Translations under genes and position numbers: made by a program
The notes under the pieces: model-generated
The model's input: only the letters and a program-made list of their open reading frames with translations
What the model was told of the DNA's origin: nothing
Databases searched by the model: none
Assembly: GCA_047495785.1 (NCBI GenBank)
Contig: JBLDXI010000029.1
Span: forward strand, 682,001 to 746,000
Direction of reading: 5' to 3'
DNA: 64,000 nt
DNA from: Lepidodermella squamata
Lineage: Eukaryota; Animalia; Gastrotricha
Shown: positions 38,018-49,600 of the stretch, one piece after another
Layout: every line of letters begins with the position of its first letter
How positions within the stretch are numbered: position 1 is the first letter of the stretch

Positions 38018-40276
38018 ATGTGGTCAGAGATACTTGTGCTTGCCGTAATTTTCGATACAAGGGCATGTGCCCTAATAAAGCCGTATCGGCTTAAATTGAT
38101 CAGCCTCATGCCGATAGCTGAGAGTGGGTCACTTCTAAAGGGGTACCCGATTGCGGAGCAAATGGTTCTGGACGATGTGAACAACCGTACAGATATTCTC
38201 CCTGACTACCACGTCGAGCTTGAAATAATAGATGAAGGCGTTGGCTCTACTTCATCGTTACCCAACTCGGTTAGAACACTTTGGCGTCTCATTGAGTCTG
38301 GAGCCTATGTTTCGCCGGTGGTTATCGGAACTTACTCAACGCCTGGCTGCAAAACGTGGGGGGCGACCGCGCAATACGTGAACGCGGTTGCGATTGCATT
38401 CAACTGTGTTTCCCCGATACACACCGCTCGGCGATCGATCTATCCAAATCTATACCGCATTGTCGCTGGTAGCCAGATCGAAGTTGCAAGTCGTGTATTG
38501 GCGATGAAGCTACTTGGCCGCTGGTCGAAAATCGCCATAATATCAACGATCAACGGATTTTCTGGTAATACAAACAGCCTACAGCAAGCTTTAATCGCAT
38601 TCAATCTTGCAAAGAAGGCTGGCTTGGAAGTTATTAAATTTGAAACAGCTATAGATTTCGGCCAGGAAGTGGTTGACACTTGGATAAGAGAGAACATTCG
38701 AATTTTCAGCTTCGATCCATCAGACTACACGTACATGATCAAGTTTTTCTGTAAAAGCTACAAATTCGGCCTCAGAGGACCTAGATATCGCTTCATTATA
38801 CCATCGATTTACTTTATCGACCCTGCGGTTGTTGGCTTCATGCTACAGGATGGCTGCACGGTAGATCAATACATCGAGCAGGCGGCAATTACAATTCTGA
38901 CAGGGTCAGGTTACTCGTCTTTGGTGCCCATTACCGGAAGAGACACGCTAGGCCGCACTGTAAAAGAATTCGAGAGTGAATTTATGACCCGCAGCAACTT
39001 CACCCCATCCGCTGATTACGTGTTCCGCCAATCAGCTTATGACCTAGCATTAATGAGTTTGCTAACACTCGACGGAGCTGAAAAAATCCTGAAAACGAAG
39101 AATCTGACCCTCCGTGACTATTCTCGCCGTCCGGAAGCTGTAATGTTAGCAGCAAATGAAAGTGCAAGGTCGATAAGTTTCACGGGCATAAGATTCGGGA
39201 CATTCAAATACTCTGCTAGAGGTGAGATGGATCAGGAGCCGCAGGTAGTAACCACCTACATTCCTAAAAGAGGCTTGGTACCACGGTATCAACTTACAGT
39301 CCGGGGTAACGCAACAGATGCTGATTCGCTGGACTCTCTCTGGATAAGAGAGTTATTTCCCTTTGATTCGCTGCCAAAAGACAGCCCCAATTATTTGATC
39401 AATGAAGGTGGAATGTCAGATGCAGCGTTCGGCACAATAGCCAGCCTGTCGATCACACTCTTTTTGCCATTCCTTTTTCTGTCACCCTATCGAATCCGCG
39501 AAACAGGGCGAATGGGTAAATGTGAAATCATCCTCGCACTGCTTAGCTTTGCTTTGATGTCTCTGGCAGCTGCTACTTTAACAGTTCCATCTAACAGAAG
39601 AAACGTTCCGATATGCCATGCAACTGCCATATTTGTTTACTCAGGCGTATCATTATTCTACGGTTTGCTCATAGCTAAACTGCATGCCTCTGTTCACTTC
39701 CTCCAGCATGTTGTTGTGGAGAGAGCAAAAACTGGTGTTGTTAAGTCAATCCCAAACTTTTCTATTGAAAAAAGGAAAATGCTGTCGGCTGCTGGGGGCT
39801 TCTGTTTAATCAACCTAGCCATCGCTATTGTCTGGTGCGTTGTAGACCCATTTTCTGTTACTAGAAGTGACCCAGAGGCCACAATGCGGTACGTCGTTGA
39901 AGCGGATACGTATCATCTTGAGTTTTTTCATTTCTGTACTTCAGCGAACTTTCTTTCGTGGTTGGCTCCTTTTCTTATCATGAACTTCTGCCTCTTAGTT
40001 TCCGGAGTTCTCGCTGTTTTGAGGAAACGCGGCGATCCCTTGCTGAAATATTATCATGTGGTGAAACTTCATATGTTAGCGGTGGTACTTGTTTTCACCC
40101 TGTTCCTCGCAACAATCGCCATTTGCTTCATTGCAACGACTACTACAATGATTGAATTAACAATATCAGTTTCCTTGCTGCTTCAGTTCGCATCTTGTGG
40201 AGTTCTTACCAACATGAAAACAGTTTCTAGGCTGCGACGGCCGAGTTCTGTCGCAGTTATTGGGAGTCATTTTTAG
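38018..40276 (+). CDS. Intronless divergent class C GPCR, GABA-B-receptor type, 752 aa
   Basis: Signal peptide; DVNNRTDILPDYHVEL, YPNLYRI, RWSKIAII and GLRGPRYRFII motifs of the GABA-B-type flytrap domain; 7 TM helices including LIAKL (TM3) and IVWCVVDPF (TM4). Confidence 0.88.
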   Translation: MWSEILVLAVIFDTRACALIKPYRLKLISLMPIAESGSLLKGYPIAEQMVLDDVNNRTDILPDYHVELEIIDEGVGSTSSLPNSVRTLWRLIESGAYVSPVVIGTYSTPGCKTWGATAQYVNAVAIAFNCVSPIHTARRSIYPNLYRIVAGSQIEVASRVLAMKLLGRWSKIAIISTINGFSGNTNSLQQALIAFNLAKKAGLEVIKFETAIDFGQEVVDTWIRENIRIFSFDPSDYTYMIKFFCKSYKFGLRGPRYRFIIPSIYFIDPAVVGFMLQDGCTVDQYIEQAAITILTGSGYSSLVPITGRDTLGRTVKEFESEFMTRSNFTPSADYVFRQSAYDLALMSLLTLDGAEKILKTKNLTLRDYSRRPEAVMLAANESARSISFTGIRFGTFKYSARGEMDQEPQVVTTYIPKRGLVPRYQLTVRGNATDADSLDSLWIRELFPFDSLPKDSPNYLINEGGMSDAAFGTIASLSITLFLPFLFLSPYRIRETGRMGKCEIILALLSFALMSLAAATLTVPSNRRNVPICHATAIFVYSGVSLFYGLLIAKLHASVHFLQHVVVERAKTGVVKSIPNFSIEKRKMLSAAGGFCLINLAIAIVWCVVDPFSVTRSDPEATMRYVVEADTYHLEFFHFCTSANFLSWLAPFLIMNFCLLVSGVLAVLRKRGDPLLKYYHVVKLHMLAVVLVFTLFLATIAICFIATTTTMIELTISVSLLLQFASCGVLTNMKTVSRLRRPSSVAVIGSHF

Positions 40277-40941
40277 ATTCTGCTCGTGTCTCGTGTCATT
40301 CAAGTTTATGCGAGGTGTCAAACTTGGTAAAGTCTCGCGAGAAAGCCGTTTATTACCATAGCTATGATGTGATTCTATTTGTTACTTTCTTTGGCATTGT
40401 GTTTCAAGTAGTAAGTTAATCTTTGACCCGCGGGCTGATTGGTCAATTTATTTATTGTTGCTATGACAATTCGTCGTGCGATCCATTAATAGAGCACAAT
40501 GTGATTCTAATAAATGTTGAAAAAACGGAGTGGCTAAGCAATGCGAGACAATGTACATTTTCAGGCCCGTCCAAGCCTTGCGTACACCTTAAGCAGTTAA
40601 AACATTCCGCACGCCTCGGGTGGTGCTTGACAATCCAGCACGCCACCAATTTGTAATATAATCTGAGGAAACAAGGAAAAGAAACGATGATTGTTTCGTG
40701 TTCCATTCTTGAAAAAGTTCGGGCTTTAAATTTGGTCTTCATAATCTCCATCAGAAGGTTAGAGAAGTTTTTACTGCATTATGCAATTCTGAGGAAAAGA
40801 AGGTACATTTAGAGCAAATAACAGAGTTTTCTGTTTTAATCCATAATTACATTCCTTTGGACTTTGGACTGCACGACTTGTAACAATGAATAGGTATTGG
40901 CATCATTCTTGTAGCTGCCATTTTTATGAATTTGTGGTGGA

Positions 40942-42096
40942 ATGGATTTAACCAGCGAGAAAGGTTTGATGATCTCTGAAAATGGCAAGAAGCCTATGGC
41001 TCCGAAAACATTCCAGTGCTCGGACTGTGGCGCGCGTTATGGCTACTCAACATCTCTACTCAGGCATCGCATGTCCGATCACAACGAAGCGTTCAAAGAT
41101 CCCCACACTTGCAGTATCTGCTCGCAAGAATGTCGCTCTAAGAAAGGCCTCGCAGCCCACATGGTGAGCAAACACACCTCTCGTGGAACACAACATAGCT
41201 GCCACTTATGCAGCACGCCTTACAAAAGTCTCACCGGAATTGCGAGGCATATGGAGATAGCTCATCCCCAAAAGTGTGGCTATGTGTGCAAGAGCTGTCC
41301 GCGGCGATTTTTTACAGAACAAGCTGTCCGCTGTCACGAGGTCCGATCCCATTGCATCTCATACCAGCGGAGTAAACTCGCTATATGTCAAGCTTGTCCA
41401 GTCGTTAATTACAATCTTGCTGATCTCGAGCAGCACATTCGATCGCAGCATCCTGATTTGATCTTAAAATGTTCGTATTGTGATAAATCCTTCACTTTCA
41501 AGCATAAGTTGGCGGATCACTTGAAACGAATTCATCAACACAAGTCGGCTAAGGTCGCTATCAATTGCAAATTTTGCGAGTTCGTAGCATACAGCGATTT
41601 CGGCCTTGAGAAACACGTGAAAAGCTCGCATATCGCTCAGATCGGTGTGTCGTGTAGCTCCTGTGGTGGTTGGTTTACTTCTAAGAGAGCTTTGAACCGA
41701 CATACAGACTCCGAGCTTAGTTGCCGGCCCCAAAGTAACCGACTTCACTGCAGCTCTTGCTTTGCCACTTTCTCTTGCAAAAGCGTCTTGAAAAGTCATG
41801 TCGACAAGACTCACTCTGAATCTCTGAAATTCGGATGCGAAGAATGCTCGTTCAGATTCGCCACGCCCGAATCGCTAGCAATGCACGTAGCACTCAGGCA
41901 TGAAACGACAATGACTAATAGCGGCAGACAGTGCCCTGATTGCGGTGTATTGTTCAAAACTGGAACGGCGGCGACGCGACACCGGTTGAGAAGGCACTTG
42001 GAAGGTATGCCTGCCATCGAGTGTTCTGTGTGCCACGTGAAGTTTGGCTCAATGCGAGGTCTTCGGCTTCACGAAAAGAACAAGTGCAGTGGTTAG
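40942..42096 (+). CDS. C2H2 zinc-finger protein (~12 fingers), 384 aa
   Basis: Repeated C-x2-C-x12-H-x4-H motifs, two of them C2HC variants. An upstream exon cannot be excluded. Confidence 0.88.
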   Translation: MDLTSEKGLMISENGKKPMAPKTFQCSDCGARYGYSTSLLRHRMSDHNEAFKDPHTCSICSQECRSKKGLAAHMVSKHTSRGTQHSCHLCSTPYKSLTGIARHMEIAHPQKCGYVCKSCPRRFFTEQAVRCHEVRSHCISYQRSKLAICQACPVVNYNLADLEQHIRSQHPDLILKCSYCDKSFTFKHKLADHLKRIHQHKSAKVAINCKFCEFVAYSDFGLEKHVKSSHIAQIGVSCSSCGGWFTSKRALNRHTDSELSCRPQSNRLHCSSCFATFSCKSVLKSHVDKTHSESLKFGCEECSFRFATPESLAMHVALRHETTMTNSGRQCPDCGVLFKTGTAATRHRLRRHLEGMPAIECSVCHVKFGSMRGLRLHEKNKCSG

Positions 42097-42644
42097 TTTT
42101 TACAAAACATGCAGTTGTTGTGATCTTTTGCCATCATGTGCTTTCAGGTTCATCAATTCAAAAGCCATGATGAAACTAAATTTGACAACACTTTCTTGAA
42201 CTGATTTATGATTGTCGTTTTGCCTTGCATACTTTAACCCAGTTATCTTAGTATATTTGATAAGCGCAAGTAATAAACAAGGTCCTATGTATTGATAGCT
42301 AATGAATTTTGAAGCTACGACCGTCATCCAAATCCGCTGAAGGGAAGCCCGACCTCTACGCAGGAGATCAAGCTCAATGACCAACTTTCCGTGACCCTAT
42401 TTCGGTATTTCTTTATTCCTGGCTTGATAAACCTAATGCTTTCTAACTTAGCTCGACTTTTGGCCATCACTGATAGACTTGGATGATAGTGTTTAGAGTA
42501 TTGTTTTTCCTCTCAGCTATATTTCGTTAGGAATCTTGTCAACACAGCTCATCCTCATCATCAACATCCAGCTCACCTGTTGGCGCCGCTAAAAGCGCTA
42601 ATAACAAGGGATTAGTTCAACCAAATGTTTACAAAGCTATACTA

Positions 42645-45319
42645 ATGCATAACTACATAAGAAAGCTACTCATTCAAACTTGCCTCGTTCTAGCAACTGC
42701 AGCTGCAGCGTTCGGCCAAGGTCTCATTAGAAATAGCTGAAAGATGATTGCTGCCACTTTGAATATTTCAGGCTCGAAAGATTCGGCCGATGAAATTGCA
42801 AGGCCGATCGATACAAGCAACTCTTTCTGCTTCATTGGCGCCGACATCGGGACATGTTCTCGCATAGGCTGGGAGGGATTTACACGTTACTACTTCAACG
42901 CTGGTTCCAGAAAATGCGAACAGTTCCGGTATTCCGGATGTGGCGGTATAATCCATCACTCGTATTTCCATAAGGTGTCTAAAACCGATTTCTTTTATAG
43001 GGAACATGAATCGCTTCGATAATCAAACACTCTGCGAGGAAGCTTGTGCTTTATGTAAGCATTTAACTATTTCCTGAACAAATATACTTTTCTTCAGCAT
43101 AAATTATGTCACATCTGGCTCACCTGAGTCATTGACCCTGTTAGTTAACATTTTGAAGTAACACGAGCAAAAAAGCGACAAATGAGCAACGACAATTGGG
43201 AAAATAATGATCAAGTGAGATTAGACTTCAAATTCAAGCATGAAGTTTAACCGAACATAAACCAAACCGTCATGCTCAAATTTTATAATTGAAAACGACA
43301 TTTGAGCATTTGCAATTACAAAAATGCATGATATGAATCTTGATAATTATCAATGAAGCTTTATTTCTAACACTTTTCGAAAGATCTTTCCAACCAGTGG
43401 AGCAATCCCCTCGATGATCAAGTCGCCGTAGTTGACGAAATCTACCTGAACCAAATCAGCCTGCCAGAAATGTCCCGCCGGCTATGCAACCGAGGTCTGC
43501 CATTCACCGTTCCAACTTCACCCCGAAACGCAATCCAGTGCAGTGCGAAAAAGCCATGCCCAGGCGAACAGCAGCAGTTCGACTGCATTATGGGACCGAA
43601 AAACTACCAGCCTATGGCGATTTGCTGTCCAAAGCGCCAACCAACCCTGGACAAGCCGATATTGGTTGTGTCACCCAGTGATTTGGAACGTAGGCAAGAT
43701 TCGGTCATGAGGGCGGAGTGGTGCTTGTTGCCGCCGTTACCCGGCCCATGCCGGCAGATGAGTCGAGTTTGGTACTACGACATTTTGACAAATGAATGTG
43801 GAATGTTCACCTATGGCGGATGCAAAGGAAATCAAAACAGATTCGAATCAAAGGTGACACAATCCTCCTGAGCCCTAAAATTTGCCTAATTTTTCTGAAG
43901 AAATTCCGAATAACTATCGCGCTAAATTCCGGAATGAATGAAAAAATTGAAAATTGATTCCGTTTTGAAAATTTCAAAAATTCGAAAAATTAATTTCAAA
44001 AATTATAAAATTTCACTTTTTCAAATGTTTGCCTTTTTATCAAAATATTAAAATTTGGAAATAATTTTCATGTTTTCAAGGAGGCATGTGAGCAAGTTTG
44101 TCCCCGTCTTGTTGTCGAGCTTGGCACTACACCAAAAACGCAACTGGCCACCGTAACCGTGCCAATACCGCCAACTTTACCGAAGCGCTGCACCCTGGCG
44201 CCCGATACCGGCGCCGGGTTGAATTACACTATCAAGTTCTACTTCGAACCAGCCCTAGCCACGTGCCTGCCCTTCATGTGGGGTGGGTGTGCCGGCAACG
44301 AGAATCGCTTCGATCACGAGCTGCAGTGCTTGGTCACATGCCGGCCGGATGTTGCTGAGGAGGCGAAGGTTGAGGCGAGGCGGAAGGGATTGGACTCGAT
44401 TTTGGAGACATTGAGTAAACCGCAGCGACTTCACGCTGTGCCGTGTAGACAGCCGACACCAGTAGCATTGCAGAAACCCGGTAAAAATGAAATATTGAAA
44501 ATCTCTGGCTTTAATTTTTTCTTAAATTGAAATTCAAATGGAATCACTCGTATATTGAATTTTACCCTATACATTTGAAATTTAAAAAAAAAATTTGAAA
44601 TTTGTAGTATGAATTTTAAATTTTTGTAAATTAAACTGAACTTTCGAAATTTTGATATTTTTAGAATTTTTCAAATTTTAAAAAAAAATTTGAAATTTTT
44701 TGTTTTGAAATTTTAGCTCCAATGATTTGATGAGATATCAATTGTTTTCGAAATTTCAAATTTCAAAATTCCGAAATTTGAGCTTTATAACTTTTTTTAA
44801 TTAATTTATCTTCGCCATTCACAGCTGCGGTTAAGGTAGTCAACTATTTCAAGCACCCTGACGAAGGCTACAGTCGGTGCCCACGCCAAGTCAAATGTCT
44901 CTTGGATCCATGCCTCACAGGTACAGCAAAACTAGCAAATGCGGTTTCTTTTTTCATCAATCACTTCCGCTTTTTTCATCTATCATCTATCAGCTCGGTG
45001 TCCGGCGTTTCGCGAGGCCTCCTGCCGGCCAAACTACTGCTTCGGTTGCCTGGCCGAGTTCTACGTCAACGAGCGGCGCGTCAATTGCTCGGTGGCGGAC
45101 GCGGCGTCGACTAGCAAGCCCGGCCTGTGCCCGACCGCCACGCAGCCGGAACTGCCGCTGCTGTGCCCGATCCGCAGCGTGGACGGGTTCTGGCGGCCGC
45201 ACGACAACCTGTGCTCGGCCGACGCCGAGTGCTTCGGCGACCAGAAGTGCTGCCCGGACCCGTGCGTCGCGCAAACGAACCGCTTCAGCACGTGCCAGAC
45301 GCCGGTGCGCGTCGACTGA
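42645..45319 (+). CDS. Secreted multi-domain protease-inhibitor-like protein (3 Kunitz + Cys-rich modules + WAP), 7 exons
   Basis: Exons 42645-42720, 42772-42945, 43001-43054, 43384-43853, 44081-44480, 44825-44920 and 44994-45319. Signal peptide; Kunitz motifs FRYSGCGGNMNRF, FTYGGCKGNQNRF, FMWGGCAGNENRF; WAP KPGLCP...CSADAECFGDQKCC. Confidence 0.88.
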
Positions 45320-45899
45320 AAGCTGACTCGCCGCTGCTCGATCATCCTCACCGCACGCAAACACTCGAAATGTCAATTTTTGACATTAATAAAGACGACA
45401 AGAGCAATTATGTGTTGATTTTGGCACCGAAGACCTGTTGTTTGTTATTTGTTATTGCGGCTGAATAAAGCTGAAAATAGCGAATTTGAAGAGGCAACTT
45501 CAATTTTTGAGAATGGAAAAAACAAGTTTTTCAATTTTGGATACGTAACAAAATTCGAATAGCTTAAGTTGGCTAATATATATTATTTTTATTATTTTTA
45601 TAAAATTTCGAACTGGCTTAAGATCCTGCCTACGATAACAGTTCCTCAGGCTAATAAAAGTACAAAATGCTTGAAAATATTAAAAAGTGCAATCTTTCAA
45701 ACATCAATATTTAGGAAATGTTAACCTTTCATTCATATTTTTATTTCACCAAATTCGAGCTGGACTCGTTAAGGAAATGCCAGATGACTATGTACTTTCG
45801 ATTTATATATGAAGCAAAAATAAGGTTCCTACAAGGTAGTCAACTTTTTCCGCAGAAAATGGTTATTGGGCCCTAAAATCGAAATTTGAAAAACCCCAA

Positions 45900-45985
45900 A
45901 CTCGACCTAGCCTTAACCCTAGCCCTATCCCTATACCTAACCCGAAACCTGACACCTAACCCTAACCCCTCACCCCAATTCCTAA
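45900..45985. repeat. Degenerate (CCCTAA)n-like interstitial repeat
   Basis: cctagccttaaccctagccctatccctatacctaacccgaaacctgacacctaaccctaacccct. Confidence 0.6.
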
Positions 45986-46091
45986 TCATTGTTTTGCTAA
46001 AATATACAATTTTAGATAAAAACGAGAAAACTAGGAAAGAGAAAACTATGAAAGAGAAATTCGGATATTGAATTTGGCTTCTTGTCCAAAG

Positions 46092-46474
46092 CAGGGTTTC
46101 TCAAACTGGGGGTCTTCGTGGGTCGTCTGATGATTTTCCTAAAACTTCAAAATTGCAATGATTTGATTCATTTTTGGTCAAATTTCAAAAAAATATTACA
46201 AAATAGCGTTAGCTAAAGCTCGCTTCGCTCGCGTCTAATACTATTCGACTGAAAACCGGCTGAAATTGCTGTTAAGAATTCAGTGTATGGAAAGGTTGAA
46301 AAAACTCCAGGAAAACCGGATGCTAATTTAGTGATATTTTATAGCTTGGACGTAGAATCTCGGAATTTTCCAACACTGAAAAACGATAAAAAACGGAAAA
46401 ATGTTCTAGGGGTCGCAGCCTGGTAAGAATATTCGATTTTTGGGTCGCCAAGGGTTAGGTGTGGAGAAGCCCTG
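46092..46474. mobile_element. hAT-superfamily MITE (Charlie-like) with 8-bp TSD
   Basis: Ends CAGGGTTTCTCAAAC ... GTGTGGAGAAGCCCTG, flanked by an identical 8-bp direct repeat GTCCAAAG (46084-46091 and 46475-46482); subterminal GGGGTC repeats. Confidence 0.88.
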
Positions 46475-46534
46475 GTCCAAAGGAACAGCGTAAGAGCTTA
46501 ACATCCGCGTGGTTTGGTACAATCAACTCACGGT

Positions 46535-46620
46535 GGGACCGAGGTGGGACTCGATCCTTGTTCCGTAAAATCATAGGAGTTGAACCAAGTCCAAGCGACA
46601 TCCCTTAGACTCCAGTACCT
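46535..46620 (-). repeat. Possible degenerate tRNA-derived SINE head
   Basis: Minus strand has A-box-like GGAGTCTAAGG and B-box-like GGATCGAGTCCC, but no clean cloverleaf. Confidence 0.25.
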
Positions 46621-49600
46621 ATAATCTTATAGCCGAAAGACCTAAGATTTTCATCCTGTTCAATCTCTTCAACTCCGTTTGGAAGTGGGATTTTTACTTC
46701 CCACCATTTAACCTTGTTTCATTTCTCGACTGAACTTTCTCAGGTTTTCCAGGCCCTGAAATGGGACATCATAAAATTCCTGAAAATGCCCTTGTTTGTT
46801 GATGGTATCGAACTCGAATTGTATCGAACGAAACAATAACGCGAAAAAAATCGCGCGCGCAACTCATTCCATTGTGCGTTATTGCTGTAATATATTATTA
46901 TTGTTGCGCATTCCACTCATAAAACAACAAAATTCGCGCATCTTCCACACCGCCAAATGATTAAGAGAGCGAGTGAGTGAGTTGAACTGGTGCTGCTCTG
47001 CTATAAACTGCCGCGGTAGTAGTAGTAGTCGTAGTCGGAACAACATCAGCGAGCGTTGTGTAAACTAATAAAATTCGCGTTAAATATCAGTCGGCACGCG
47101 GCTCGAATGAAGATAAAAACGCCGGGCACATGGCCCGTGTTGTTTCGAAGCTCAATATAATAGCGCATATAATAGCGATGAAGGCTTCGTCCAAAGTGAG
47201 CGAGCGTAAAAACGATAACACACTGAAAGATGACTGACTTGTGCGCGTATAATTGTGCGCCGGGATATTATAACGCCCCGTCTCGATTATTAAGTGCCGC
47301 CGTGTTGTTTCAGCCGTGGTGCTAAAATTGCTGCTGCGCGAGAACTTTCTATCGCGCGTAAATTTCAAACAACAACGCGCGCGCCTAAAAAGCAAACATG
47401 CCGATATAATATTGCGCGCGCGTTTTCATTATTATTATTATCGTTTTCAATCAAAGATACCAGACGCGAAATTATTATTTTTTGGCGCCGATAGACTTCG
47501 ATATAGATACTACTATATACCTCTGATGTGTCTCGTACCGAATTTTTTTTTCATGATATCATATGCGCATCCCCATTCATATTCCGACGCGTGGGGGAAA
47601 ATTTGTTATTTATACTATAATAATTATAGCTTTATTCAAGTCTCGCCATCAGCAGCTTTACTGTGCGAATTTTAGTCAATTCGATTGATTTTTTTGCGTA
47701 TTTCATTTTAATCGTTTTTGTCGCAAAGTCAAGGCACTTGTTGAATCGGATGAAAGCTATTCTCGGAGCGAATTATATACTATTTTTCGCATATAAAATT
47801 TGTTTATCCCTGACGTTTAAGGTCAAAAGTTTGACCCTCTCGAACATTTTAACTGCTTTCATTTGGTTGAAATCGATTTTTGCGATTTTGATAAACCGAA
47901 AACGCATTTTCCGACACACTTTTTCGATATTGACTAGAAATGTTGGGATTGTCCATCCGATTTTTCTAGCTTTTCGCTACTAAAGTTTTCAAGGTCATTA
48001 TCGTGAATAATGCTTCTTAGTATAAACATATCAAATATCGGCTATTTTTAGAGAAGGAATTTTCAAGACTTTTGTGCCGTTTGAGAGCCAAAGTCTAGCT
48101 TTAATTAACGTATTTTCTAGAAAGAACACGTTTTCTCCCATGACTTAAAAACAAAATGGTGATGATTCAGGTGGAAGGTTAAGGTGGATTTTTTATAATT
48201 GTGACTTCTAAATAGGAGAAAAGCCATCTTGGATTTTACCATGTCCCGTTTCAGCTTTATCTTCGAACGGTCAATCGCAAAGGGGGAAAGGTTTCTGGTA
48301 TCAGCTATATCCAAGATTGCAGAAATCGTCCCTTCGCCATACATTTTCTTGTTGATTTTCTTCGAATTTTTATAAAACAACATCAGAGTTTTCGCCCCTG
48401 TGAATCAAAAAATGTATTCTTTATATTTCCTTACTTCTGAAACCTTTATTTGGGATTTTTTCACCTCCCAGCTGAGAGAGGCTTGTATATTCTCTTGAGA
48501 ATCCTCGGGGTCAAGTGGCTTGTTTTTTTATGTAATTTCGCAGATGAACACGAAAAAGCTGAAAAAATGCGTCGTTTTTTATCTCTAAAATTCAGTGCAA
48601 TGGATGCGAAGTGGGATTAGCGAATGATCACACACCCTATCACTTGCGATTTAGTTCACGTGATTCACGGCTTAACGATCTGTTATTTCCTTCTCTTTGT
48701 CTGAAAATGTCGGGATTTTTTACATACTTGCCATTTGACGCTGTCCCATAGCGCGGCAATTATCGCACTTCTTTAACATTATTTCAAGCACGCACAGTTT
48801 TGTATGTCGATCATATTGTTAAAAAGGGCAACACGAAAAAACGCTAAAATTTCATTTGACGATAATATACGTTTTTATATGAGCGACGCGCAACATCACG
48901 CACGTAATAATAACAACAGGAAAAAAGTGTGTGTGTGTGCGCGCGCGCAAAAAAGTTTGTTATCATTTTTTGTGCGCGCGCCTTCATACAAAAATTATTG
49001 CGTCTACTATCATATCAATACTAATTTAATAGTAAAAATATCAACAAGCAAACATCATCGACGTCACCGATCCGTCACGAGTGAGTGAAGCCGTACTGCG
49101 CTCTAGTTGGTTGGTATGTTATCCGTGTTGTATAATGCGGGGAAAAAATAAGATACATTTACCTATGGGCACCTAGTAATAATAGTAATAATTACGTTTC
49201 CTTGCGGCGCGCCATCTAAATCAAATCAATCGAGTCGCTCAAGTTGCCGCTCGTGCTTTCTTAGCATATCGGTTACACAAAAGCTCGAATAATAATCCAA
49301 CCCACTTCACATCATCCGCTAGCAAGTTATTTCAACTAATAATCGATAGTATACCTGAGACTCCATGCCCATATAGTACTAGGTTGATCATCATAAAAAT
49401 ATATATAGGGTGTCTAAATTAGCTGGGTATTTTTTGATATACATACCCAAGATTTATACGCACGCGATCATCATGATCATTATCTTTGGCTATCATTACG
49501 CGTTTTTTTCCAGTATTATAATATTATGCGTATCTTTTTTACATTATATGCGCGGCTTTATGATAATAAAAAAATAGAATGTGTGCGCGCATAAAAAACG

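Noticed and set aside
23700-43400. Horizontal transfer or contamination as the cause of the compositional block
   Set aside because: Genes belong to metazoan families with spliceosomal introns, and the dynein and Kunitz genes span the borders in frame.
45900-45985. Possible telomere or chromosome-fusion scar
   Set aside because: Short and degenerate; such CCCTAA-like tracts are common inside invertebrate non-autonomous transposons.
46535-46620. Functional tRNA gene
   Set aside because: A/B-box-like strings only; acceptor and anticodon stems could not be formed.
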